Shown: in pieces, positions 15,492 through 23,636 of the stretch
Numbering within the stretch: position 1 is the stretch's first letter
Layout of the letters: every line of letters begins with the position of its first letter
Origin: Planctomycetota bacterium
GTDB lineage: Bacteria > Planctomycetota > UBA1135 > UBA2386
Assembly: GCA_041178545.1 (NCBI GenBank)
Contig: JBEGVB010000009.1
Span: forward strand, 33,276-97,275
DNA length: 64,000 nt
Direction of reading: 5' to 3'
Notes under the pieces: generated by a model
The model's input: only the letters and a program-made list of their open reading frames with translations
Told to the model about the DNA's origin: nothing
Database searches by the model: none
Translations under genes and position numbers: made by a program

Positions 15492-16420
15492 TTGGCCTGC
15501 CTCCTGCCGCGCACGATGAGGTCCGCGGTGAAGTTGACGGCAAAGGTGATGACGAACAGCAGCACGCCCAGGACGAAGAGGGCCTGGTAGTGGTCGGAGC
15601 CATTCGCGGTCTCGCCCAACTCCGCGGCGATCGTCGCCGTGATGGTGCGCACCGGGTCGAACACGGACTCGGGGATGCGGATGCTGTGGCCCGAGGCCAT
15701 CAGCACGGCCATCGTCTCGCCGAACGCGCGGCCGATGCCCAGCAGGACCGCGGCGCTGAGGCCGGGGCGTGCGTGTGGCAGCACGACGCGCCACACCACC
15801 TGCCACCGCGTGGCACCCAGTGCCTCAGCTGCCTCGCGGTAGCTCTCGGGCACCGACTTGAGGGCGTCCTCGGCGATCGTGGTCATGATCGGCGCGGACA
15901 TCAGGCCGAGGATGAGGCCGGCGTTGAGGGCGTTGATGCCGACACCGGACTCGGGCTCGAAGACGTCGACGATCCATGGGCTGACCACCTGGAGGCCGAT
16001 GAATCCCCACACGACGGAAGGCACTGCAGCCAGCAGCTCGATGAGCACCTTGAGCCACTCGCGGGTCCGTCCCTTGGCGAACTCGCCCACGTAGACGGCG
16101 GCTCCGAGCGAGAACGGGACCGACACGAGCATGGCGAGTGCCGTCACCGTTGCGGTGCCGACGATCAGTGCCAGTGCGCCGTAGGTGGGGGGCTTGGCCG
16201 TCGGGCGCCATGCCGAGGACTGGAAGAACTCGGCCCAGTCGAGGCGGTTGAGAGCGAAGTCGAGTCCCTCGGTGGCGATGAACGCCAGGATGCCGAGGAG
16301 GAACACGATGGCGGAGATGCCGCCCGCGAACACGAGGATGCGCGCCGCGAGGTCCGCGTACCACGCGCTGTCCCGGTGGTCGAGGGCGTGCGTCGCCCGG
16401 TTGCCCTGCGGCACCGTCAT
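15488..16420 (-). CDS. pstC: phosphate ABC transporter permease PstC
   Basis: 310 aa. EAAEALGATRWQVVWRVVLPHARPGL...GRAFGETMAV. The start overlaps the phoU stop by 1 nt. Confidence 0.9.
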   Translation of the reverse strand: MTVPQGNRATHALDHRDSAWYADLAARILVFAGGISAIVFLLGILAFIATEGLDFALNRLDWAEFFQSSAWRPTAKPPTYGALALIVGTATVTALAMLVSVPFSLGAAVYVGEFAKGRTREWLKVLIELLAAVPSVVWGFIGLQVVSPWIVDVFEPESGVGINALNAGLILGLMSAPIMTTIAEDALKSVPESYREAAEALGATRWQVVWRVVLPHARPGLSAAVLLGIGRAFGETMAVLMASGHSIRIPESVFDPVRTITATIAAELGETANGSDHYQALFVLGVLLFVITFAVNFTADLIVRGRRQAK

Positions 16421-17484
16421 CAGTTGGCCGCCTCGCCGCGGAGCACTTCCATCAGTTCACGGATGCGGGGCGCGAGTGCGCGGTAGGCGGACTCCGGGTC
16501 CTGCTGCGCGCCGAGGTCCCAGTTCACCACCGTGGTGTGGAACGGGATCCGGGGCAGGTGCTGCCAGGCGTCCTTGCCCAGCGCGACGACCACGTGGAAG
16601 TCGTCGAGCGTCTCGGTCAGTGAGGCGAGCGGGGCGGGCCAGGCCGCAGCGAGGTCCAGGCCGGTCTGGCGCGCGAAGTCCGCGTACCTGCGGTCCACCT
16701 CCTCGGCGGCGTTCCACCCGGCGCTGCGGTAGCGGCCGCTGTTGGGGAACGCCTTGCGGGTGAAGTGCTCGGCAAGCTGGCTGGCGCCGTCGTTGCGCTC
16801 GTCGACGAAGAGGATCTGGAAGACCTTCTCGCCCTTGGACTGGCCGGTGACGACGAAGATCGTCTCCTCGCAGATGTTCTTGGCCTGGTGGATCACGCGC
16901 TCGAGACGGTTGAAGGTCGCGAGGAACCCGAACAGGTCCGAGGAGGGGCGCGAGTGCGTGTCACCCTCCTGGGCCAGGTCGCTGAAGACCTTGTCGTAGA
17001 GGTGTGCGAATTGGTTCGCCGCCGTCAGGGTCGCACGTGCGAGGTTCGCGTCGCGCCCCAGGAAGCTCCGCACCGAGTCGTGCAGCATCCTCCGGCCATG
17101 CTCCAGCATCATCTCGATGTCCCGTGCCACGACGGCAGGGGGCTGGGTCGACAGCTGCACGGCCGTGCGCGAGATCGTCGCCGTGTAGTCGCCGATGCGT
17201 TCCATCGCCACGCTCAGCCGCAGCACCGCCGACACGAACCGCAGGTGTCCTGCGCTGGGCAGGTGGCGCGCGACGAAGGCATGGATCAGGCGGTCGATCT
17301 CACGCGTCTGGCGGTTGACGACGTAGTCGCCGAGGATCGTGGTGCCCGCGAGGTTGCGGTCGCATTGCAGCACCGCGTGCACCGAGTTGGAGAGCGCTTC
17401 CTCGATGCCCTGGCCGACCGTCCGGATGAGGTCGGAGATCCAGTTGAGGTCCTTCTGGAGACGTTCTTCGTACTGGGGCGCCAC
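16420..17484 (-). CDS. phoU: PhoU-domain protein fused to a degenerate LMW-phosphatase/ArsC-like domain
   Basis: 354 aa. Residues 1-~215 carry two PhoU repeats (ERIGDYATNI-like AMERIGDYTATI and LERVIHQAKNICEE). Residues ~221-350 align to the LMW-PTP/ArsC fold, but the P-loop reads VDERNDGAS instead of CxxxxxR(S/T). Confidence 0.85.
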   Translation of the reverse strand: MAPQYEERLQKDLNWISDLIRTVGQGIEEALSNSVHAVLQCDRNLAGTTILGDYVVNRQTREIDRLIHAFVARHLPSAGHLRFVSAVLRLSVAMERIGDYTATISRTAVQLSTQPPAVVARDIEMMLEHGRRMLHDSVRSFLGRDANLARATLTAANQFAHLYDKVFSDLAQEGDTHSRPSSDLFGFLATFNRLERVIHQAKNICEETIFVVTGQSKGEKVFQILFVDERNDGASQLAEHFTRKAFPNSGRYRSAGWNAAEEVDRRYADFARQTGLDLAAAWPAPLASLTETLDDFHVVVALGKDAWQHLPRIPFHTTVVNWDLGAQQDPESAYRALAPRIRELMEVLRGEAAN

Positions 17485-17555
17485 GTGTCACCTGCCGTTC
17501 TGCCGCGCGCGGAGGACGTCCGCACGAGGTCGGTTTGCCTTGGGGCCGGAACGCA

Positions 17556-18419
17556 TCAGAGCTTCCGCACCGGTGGGTAGCCTGCGCGCTGGAGCACGCG
17601 CTGGCCGTCATCGCTCAGGATCCAGTCGAGGTATGCCTTGACTGGTCCCTGGGGCTCGCCAGACGTGTACATGAAGAGCGGGCGGGCGATGGGGTAGGTC
17701 TTGTCGATCGTGTTCTCGATCGTCGCGGCCACCGGGCGTTCGCCGGCGGCCTTGGCCACGGGCACCAGCTTCACCTCGGGCGTTGCGTATGCGATGCCGC
17801 AGTAGCCGATGGCCGAGGGCGTGTTGGCCACGAGTTCGACCACGTCCTTGGAGCCGTTGAGGTCGTAGGTGCCGAGCCGGAAGTCCTTCTTGTGGAGGAC
17901 GGCTTCCTTGAAGTACTCGTAGGTGCCCGAGTTGTTCTGGCGGCTCACCACCAGGATCTCGTCGCGGGCGCCGGGGGGCAGCTTGACACCCAGCTCCGAC
18001 CAGCGGGTGACCTTGCCACCGTCGGCGTAGATGCCCTCCAGTTGGTCGATCGTGATCGACTCGATGGGGTTGTCCTTGTGGACGTACACGCCGATGGCGT
18101 CGAAGCCGACCACGAACTCGCGCGGCTCGGCGCCGCGCTTGGCCGCGGCCTCCCGTTCCTTCTTTGCCATCTCACGGCTGCTGTTGGCGAGGTCGACGGT
18201 GCCGTTGATCAGGGCGGCGATGCCGCGGCCCGAACCGCCGCCGTTCACGGCAACCATGATGTCGGGCCGCACCGCAGAGAACTGCTCGCACCACGCGAGG
18301 GCCACCTCCAGCATGGTGTCGGAGCCCTCGTTGTTGACCACGAGGTGGTTGTCCCGGCTGCACCCGAGGGTGCCGAGGCAGGCGGCAAGCAGCGCCAGCG
18401 TGAAGGGGCGGATGGGCAC
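17556..18419 (-). CDS. pstS: phosphate-binding protein PstS (PBP_like_2)
   Basis: GTG at 18419 gives VPIRPFTLALLAACLGTLGC signal/lipobox-like N-terminus. NGGGSGRGIAALINGTVDLANSSREM and GYCGIAY are typical of PstS. Start uncertain. The upstream part of ORF 17556..18680 was rejected. Confidence 0.8.
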   Translation of the reverse strand: MPIRPFTLALLAACLGTLGCSRDNHLVVNNEGSDTMLEVALAWCEQFSAVRPDIMVAVNGGGSGRGIAALINGTVDLANSSREMAKKEREAAAKRGAEPREFVVGFDAIGVYVHKDNPIESITIDQLEGIYADGGKVTRWSELGVKLPPGARDEILVVSRQNNSGTYEYFKEAVLHKKDFRLGTYDLNGSKDVVELVANTPSAIGYCGIAYATPEVKLVPVAKAAGERPVAATIENTIDKTYPIARPLFMYTSGEPQGPVKAYLDWILSDDGQRVLQRAGYPPVRKL

Positions 18420-18457
18420 GGCGTGAAGAGGAAACCCGGGACCACGGGAAAGTTCCC

Positions 18458-18475
18458 GTGAAGATTTGGTGAAGA
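18458..18475 (-). promoter_or_regulatory. candidate Pho box: direct repeats TCTTCAC-CAAA-TCTTCAC (11-bp period), third copy at 18423-18429
   Basis: Read on the minus strand immediately upstream of pstS. The repeats overlap an 18-bp inverted repeat CACGGGAA-AG-TTCCCGTG (18443-18460). Confidence 0.35.
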
Positions 18476-18486
18476 AGGCGAGAAGT

Positions 18487-19464
18487 TCAGGCCGGGGGCG
18501 CGCTTGCGAGGGGCGGCAGGCCCTCGGGCCCCTGGACCTCGCCCGGGGGGCGGTGGGACCACCGGTTGCCCTGCCAGAACCACTGGTCCGGTGCTGCGGC
18601 AATGGCGCGACCCAGGCCCTCGTTGACCCGGGCCGTGAGCGCGAGCACCGCCGCGTCGCGGTCCGGGGCAGGGCTCGCACGGATCACGTCCCACACCTTC
18701 ATGCGGTACCGGAACGGGCCGGTGCGTTCGCAGGTGACCACGGCAATGGGGGCACCGGTCTGCAGCTGCAGCACTGCCGGCGAGGCCGTGCTTGCGGCCA
18801 TGGTGCCGAGGAACGGCGTGAACACCGCGCTGCCGCGGCTGCCCCCGTCGACGATCAGCGCAACCATGTGCCCCTCGTGCAGCGCCGCCTGCAGGCCGCG
18901 CATCGCACCCTTCCTCGCCAGCAGGCGCTGGCCTGCGGCACCGCGCTGCTCGAGGATCGCCCGGTCGATGGCCGGGACCGGGCTCGGTCGGTAGACGGAA
19001 GTGATCGCGATCCCGGCCAGCGCCATCGCATAGCCCCCGGTGTCGAACGAGCCGATGTGTCCGGTGGCCGCGATGACGCCGCGTCCCTCCGCGTACAGGG
19101 CCTCCAGGTCCTTGGCCTCGGAGAAGTCGACCACGGTGCGGACGTTCTCGCGCGTCAGGCGGTGCAACTGGCAGAAGTCGACCACCAGTTGCGCCATGTG
19201 CATCGACCATCGCCACAGGTGGCCGCGGGGCAGGGCGGGCATGGCCCCGCCGGCTCGCGTGGCGATCCGCACGTTGCGGTGGTAGCCGCGGCGCTTCCTG
19301 CCGCGGCGGTCCGCGAGCAACCAGTAGCCGGCCCACACGGCTGCAGGCGGGGTCACCAAGAGGGTGGCGAGGCGGGGCGGCAGCATGCCCAGCAGGTGCA
19401 GGGCCCGCAGCAGCAGCCCTGCGAGTGCCTGCATCCACCAGCCATCGTGCACGCGTGCGGCCAT
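18487..19464 (-). CDS. lysophospholipid/lipid A-type acyltransferase (LpxL/HtrB family, HX4D)
   Basis: ATG at 19464 overlaps the upstream stop (ATGA). 325 aa. N-terminal TM segment, ATGHIGSFDTGG (HX4D), PDQWFWQGNRW as in PF03279-type acyltransferases. Confidence 0.8.
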   Translation of the reverse strand: MAARVHDGWWMQALAGLLLRALHLLGMLPPRLATLLVTPPAAVWAGYWLLADRRGRKRRGYHRNVRIATRAGGAMPALPRGHLWRWSMHMAQLVVDFCQLHRLTRENVRTVVDFSEAKDLEALYAEGRGVIAATGHIGSFDTGGYAMALAGIAITSVYRPSPVPAIDRAILEQRGAAGQRLLARKGAMRGLQAALHEGHMVALIVDGGSRGSAVFTPFLGTMAASTASPAVLQLQTGAPIAVVTCERTGPFRYRMKVWDVIRASPAPDRDAAVLALTARVNEGLGRAIAAAPDQWFWQGNRWSHRPPGEVQGPEGLPPLASAPPA

Positions 19465-20717
19465 CAGCGCGGACCAGCTTGCCCGGTGCGGGGCATGCGC
19501 ACCAGCGCGAGGCAGCCGATGCCGACCAGCAGGGGGACCAGTTGTGCCAGCAGGGCCGCCTTCGGGCCGTACCCGTCCGCGACGAGTCCGTACACGGAGC
19601 TCCCCACGACGGAGAGCTTGACGGTGATCCCGTACAGCCCGAACCAGCGACCTGCCTCGGCCTCGGGTGCGAGGACCAGAACCAGCTTGCGTCCTGCGGT
19701 CCAGATGCCGCTGAGCCCGAACGCGCCGAGCGGGACCATGGTGAGGAGGTAGGCGAGCGGCGAGTTGCCGCCGAACCATGCCCCTGCAACCAGTGCGGCC
19801 AGCAGCAGGAGTGCGGACGTGCGCAGCACACCGAGCGGCGAGTGGTCCGTGCGCAGGCCCAGCAGCAGCCCGCCCAGCAGCGCGAGCACGTTGAGCGCAA
19901 GGCCTGCGAACTTGCCGAACCCGGCAAGGTCCATGCCCAGCGGCAGGTTCGCGGGACCGCTGCCCGCGAACACGCTCACCGTGTGGTCGTAGAAGAAGAG
20001 GATGGCCGTGTTCAGCACGTCGACGAGGAAGAAGTTGCCCAGCAGGAACCACGCGAGTGCGGGTTGCCGCGGCAGCTGGCGCAGGGTCCCGAGGACTGCT
20101 GCGAGGGTCGACGGTTGCGGTTGCACGGCGGCGGCGCGGCGGTCCCCGACCAGCACCATGCACGGCAGCGCGAAGACGAGGAACAACAGCGCCGCGTGCA
20201 CGAACCGCTGCGGTTCCCCCGCGGCTCCCACCGGCAGCAACAGCAGGACCAGGATGGTGCCGAGGTAGCCCACCCCCGTGCCGATGCCGCTCACCAGCCC
20301 CTGCCGCGAGGGCGCTGCCACCGAGGGCAGCAGCGCGTTGTAGAACAGCAGGGCCGCGTTGTAGCCGAGGTTCGCGAGCGCCAGCGCCGCCAGCATCGTC
20401 CATGCCCCGGCACCGCTGGCCCAAAGGGCCATGCTGCCGAGGCAGAGCAGCGTGGCCGCCGTCAGGTAGGTGCGGGTGCGTCGCGTCGCATCGCACCGTG
20501 CTCCCAGCCACGGGACGACCAGCGCGACGGCCACCATGCTTGCCGTCTGGGCGAGCCCGAGGCCCGACCTGCCGTGCTGTTCGGCGAACCACGGCGTGAA
20601 GAGGAAGGTGAGTGTGGCCGCGTAGACGGTGTTGCCGAGGTCGTACAGCACCCACGCCGTGGCCCGTGCGGTGCTCGCGCCAGGTCGTCCGGAAGGTCCT
20701 GACGCGGGTTGGGTCAC
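19464..20717 (-). CDS. MFS transporter (UMF1/ATG22-like)
   Basis: 417 aa, about 12 hydrophobic segments. WVLYDLGNTVYAATLTFLFTPWF resembles the UMF1-family N-terminus. Confidence 0.75.
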   Translation of the reverse strand: MTQPASGPSGRPGASTARATAWVLYDLGNTVYAATLTFLFTPWFAEQHGRSGLGLAQTASMVAVALVVPWLGARCDATRRTRTYLTAATLLCLGSMALWASGAGAWTMLAALALANLGYNAALLFYNALLPSVAAPSRQGLVSGIGTGVGYLGTILVLLLLPVGAAGEPQRFVHAALLFLVFALPCMVLVGDRRAAAVQPQPSTLAAVLGTLRQLPRQPALAWFLLGNFFLVDVLNTAILFFYDHTVSVFAGSGPANLPLGMDLAGFGKFAGLALNVLALLGGLLLGLRTDHSPLGVLRTSALLLLAALVAGAWFGGNSPLAYLLTMVPLGAFGLSGIWTAGRKLVLVLAPEAEAGRWFGLYGITVKLSVVGSSVYGLVADGYGPKAALLAQLVPLLVGIGCLALVRMPRTGQAGPR

Positions 20718-20849
20718 GAGGTCAGGTTAGGGGGGCGCATCCCGGGGTGGAACTGCGAGGGCGGGTTGCAGGGTGGCCCGCACCGGCAAGGCCATGACGA
20801 GTCCCGAGTCGTGTTCATCCCGTTGGTGCCCGTGAGTAGCATCCGGGTC

Positions 20850-23399
20850 ATGACCGGGGAACCGTCTCGCGCCTGTCCGCAGCAGGTCGGCCCGTACCGC
20901 ATCCTCGACGTGCTGGGCGAGGGCGGGATGGGGACCGTCTACCTCGCGGAACAGAAGGAACCCGTTCGTCGCCGTGCGGCCGTCAAGGTCGTCAAGCTGG
21001 GGATGGACAGCAAGGCGGTGCTCGCGCGTTTCGAGGCCGAGCGCAAGGCCTTGGCGATGATGGAGCACCACTGCATCGCGACCGTGTTCGACGCCGGCCT
21101 CACCGCCCAGGGCCAGCCCTGGTTCGCGATGGAGTACGTGAAGGGCATCCCGATCACGGAATACTGCGACCGCAACAAGGTCGGTCTCCGCGAACGCATC
21201 ACACTCTTCCAGCAGGTTTGCTCGGGGGTGCAGCACGCGCACCTCAAGGGTGTGATGCACCGCGACCTGAAGCCGTCCAACGTGTTGGTGACGGTGCAGG
21301 ACGGCAAGGCAGTGCCCAAGATCATCGACTTCGGCCTCGCCAAGGCGACGGACCACCACCTTGTTGAGGCGACGATCTACACCCAGCACGGCCAGTTTGT
21401 CGGCACGCCCGAGTACATGTCACCGGAACAGGCTGGGCTCGACGGCCTCGACGTGGACACGCGCACGGACGTTTACTCGCTGGGGGTGCTGCTCTACGAG
21501 TTGCTCACGGGCGACGTGCCGTTCGCCCGCAGGGAGCTGCGGCAGGCCGGCCACCTGGAGATGCAGCGGGTCATCCGCGAGCAGGATCCCGTGCGGCCGT
21601 CGACCCGGGTGAGTTCGTTGGGTGCGAGTGCCAGCGAGATCGCGACGGTGCGCCAGACCGATGCGGCGAGCCTGCAGCGCAGGCTGCGCGGCGACCTCGA
21701 CTGGATCGCGCTCAAGGCCCTCGAGAAGGACCGCACGCGCCGCTACGAGACGGCGCACGAACTGGCGGCTGACCTGCAGCGCCACCTCGACCACGAGCCG
21801 GTGCTGGCGAGCCCGCCCGGCGTGGCCTACCGCCTGAAGAAGCTCGTGCGCCGTCACCGTGGGCAGTTCGCCGCGGCTGGGCTCGTCCTGCTCACGGCGG
21901 TGGTGGGTGCCGTCGTGGCCCTCGAACAGCGTTCGCAGGCCCTCGCCAGCGCACGCCTCGCCACCGAGCTGGCAGCAGAGAAGGGGCGCACCGTGGACCA
22001 CTTCCAGCAGCTTGCCGGCATCGTGCGGCTCGAGGACGCGCGGCGTACCGAGCTGGAACTCTGGCCGCCGTGGCCGGGTCGCATCGCGGCGATGGAGGCA
22101 TGGCTGCGCGACCATGCGGGGCGGCTGGTGGCCATGCGGCCGAAGCTGGAGGCGACCGTGTCCGACCTGCGGCGCGGTGCGGTACCGGGTGCGGGCGACG
22201 CGCAGGCGTGGACGTTTCCCGCGGATGCCGAGGGCGAGGCCGCGCGCTTCCTGCACGATGCGCTTGCCGGCCTGCTGCGCGACCTCGGCGAACTGGAGCG
22301 CGTGCAGCAGCAGGACGTGGCCCGGCGACTCCGCTGGGCGCGTGCGCTGGAAGCAGGCCTGTGCCGGGCCCACCCGCAGGCAAGGGTGTCGTGGGCCGCG
22401 GCGCGCGATGCGATCGCAAAGGCTGATGGCACGGTGGCGAGCACGCTCTACGAGGGGCAACCGATCGCGCTCGAGGAGGACGCGGTGACCGGCCTCGTGC
22501 CCATCGGCATGAACCCCGTGACGAAACTGTGGGAGTTCTACGACCTGCGCAGTGCGTGGGACGGCACGTCGGATCCTGCCGCCATCGCCATTCCCTCGCA
22601 CCGCCCCGATGGATCCACCGAGGTGACGGAGCAGGGCGGCATCGTGTTCGTCCTGCTGCCCGGCGGCACCTTCACCATGGGTTCACAGCGCAGCGACCCG
22701 TCTGCGCCCAACCACGACTCCGAGGCCCTCGCGGACGAGGTGCCGCACCCCGTGCAACTCGCGCCCTTCCTGCTGGCTCGGCACGAACTCACGCAAGCGC
22801 AGTGGGCGCGGCTCTGCACCTGGGACGCCGCGCAGCGGCAGCCGAGCTTCTATGCCGTCGGCCAGACCGCCGTGGGCAGGCGGATCACGGGCACGCATCC
22901 CGTCGAACAGGTGGACTGGGCCATGTGCGAGCAGTTGCTGACCCGGTACGGCATGGTGCTGCCCACCGAGGCACAGTGGGAGTACGCCTGCCGCGCCGGC
23001 ACCGCCACGCCCTGGGTGGTGGACCTCGCGCAACTGCCGCGCCACGCCAACGTCGCCTCGGCCGAGGCCAGGGCCAGCGGTTCCAGTTGGGTCTGCGAGT
23101 CTTGGGAGGACGGGCATGTCATCCATGCACCGGTTGGTTCCTTTGCGCCCAATCCATTCGGTCTCTTCGACCTGCACGGCAACGTGTTCGAGTGGTGCCG
23201 CGATGGTGCCGGCGACTACGGCACCGAGCGGCGTGGCGACGGGTTGCGACAGGGGGATGCGGAAGACCTGCGCGTCGTGCGCGGCGGCAGCTTCGCCAAC
23301 CCCTCTGCGCAGGCGCGCAGTGCCAACCGGCTGCACAACTCGGCCTCGATCCGCGACGACACCCTCGGCCTGCGGGCCGCACGGCTGTTGCGGCCGTAG
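20850..23399 (+). CDS. Ser/Thr protein kinase - TM helix - helical linker - FGE-sulfatase (SUMF1-like) domain protein
   Basis: ATG at 20850, 849 aa. GEGGMGTVYLAE, AAVKVVK, HRDLKPSNVL, DFGLAK, PEYMSPEQ. TM FAAAGLVLLTAVVGAVVAL. C-terminal FGE-like domain (HPVEQVDW, LPTEAQWEYACRAG, NPFGLFDLHGNVFEWC, RGGSF). Confidence 0.9.
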   Translation: MTGEPSRACPQQVGPYRILDVLGEGGMGTVYLAEQKEPVRRRAAVKVVKLGMDSKAVLARFEAERKALAMMEHHCIATVFDAGLTAQGQPWFAMEYVKGIPITEYCDRNKVGLRERITLFQQVCSGVQHAHLKGVMHRDLKPSNVLVTVQDGKAVPKIIDFGLAKATDHHLVEATIYTQHGQFVGTPEYMSPEQAGLDGLDVDTRTDVYSLGVLLYELLTGDVPFARRELRQAGHLEMQRVIREQDPVRPSTRVSSLGASASEIATVRQTDAASLQRRLRGDLDWIALKALEKDRTRRYETAHELAADLQRHLDHEPVLASPPGVAYRLKKLVRRHRGQFAAAGLVLLTAVVGAVVALEQRSQALASARLATELAAEKGRTVDHFQQLAGIVRLEDARRTELELWPPWPGRIAAMEAWLRDHAGRLVAMRPKLEATVSDLRRGAVPGAGDAQAWTFPADAEGEAARFLHDALAGLLRDLGELERVQQQDVARRLRWARALEAGLCRAHPQARVSWAAARDAIAKADGTVASTLYEGQPIALEEDAVTGLVPIGMNPVTKLWEFYDLRSAWDGTSDPAAIAIPSHRPDGSTEVTEQGGIVFVLLPGGTFTMGSQRSDPSAPNHDSEALADEVPHPVQLAPFLLARHELTQAQWARLCTWDAAQRQPSFYAVGQTAVGRRITGTHPVEQVDWAMCEQLLTRYGMVLPTEAQWEYACRAGTATPWVVDLAQLPRHANVASAEARASGSSWVCESWEDGHVIHAPVGSFAPNPFGLFDLHGNVFEWCRDGAGDYGTERRGDGLRQGDAEDLRVVRGGSFANPSAQARSANRLHNSASIRDDTLGLRAARLLRP
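22510..22570 (+). repeat. 61-nt block identical to 25250-25310
   Basis: Base-by-base comparison of tgaaccccgtgacgaaactgtgggagttctacgacctgcgcagtgcgtgggacggcacgtc. Flanks drop to roughly 70% identity on the 3' side and are unrelated on the 5' side. Confidence 0.9.
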
Positions 23400-23636
23400 G
23401 AGTCTGCAACCACCGCGCACCGTGGCCGTGAAGGGCACCGAGGCCGGCCCGGCGCCCGGTCCCGCGGGAGCCACCGCGGGAGGTCTCGCCCCGCAGCGAA
23501 TGGGTCCCGGCGGGGAGCGTCGCGATGCAGCCGCTGCGTTTCGACCTCTGCCGGCGTGGCCGCCTGCCGCTCTCGTGGTGTCCCACGGCCCATCGCTTGC
23601 GTGCCTCGCTCCCCAGCGAGGGCTAGGCTTCCACTC

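Noticed and set aside
16535-16542. GTGTGGAA copy inside the phoU coding region as a third regulator site
   Set aside because: It is intragenic and lacks a partnering TCCAC half-site at 11- or 15-bp spacing. I kept it only as a caution about chance occurrence of the motif.
23460-23481. Hairpin TCCCGCGG-GAGCCA-CCGCGGGA after the kinase gene and CTCGCT-CCCC-AGCGAG (23605-23620) before the CPBP start
   Set aside because: These are real inverted repeats, but they are short, lack a U tract and contain the self-complementary CCGCGG. Their function cannot be inferred.
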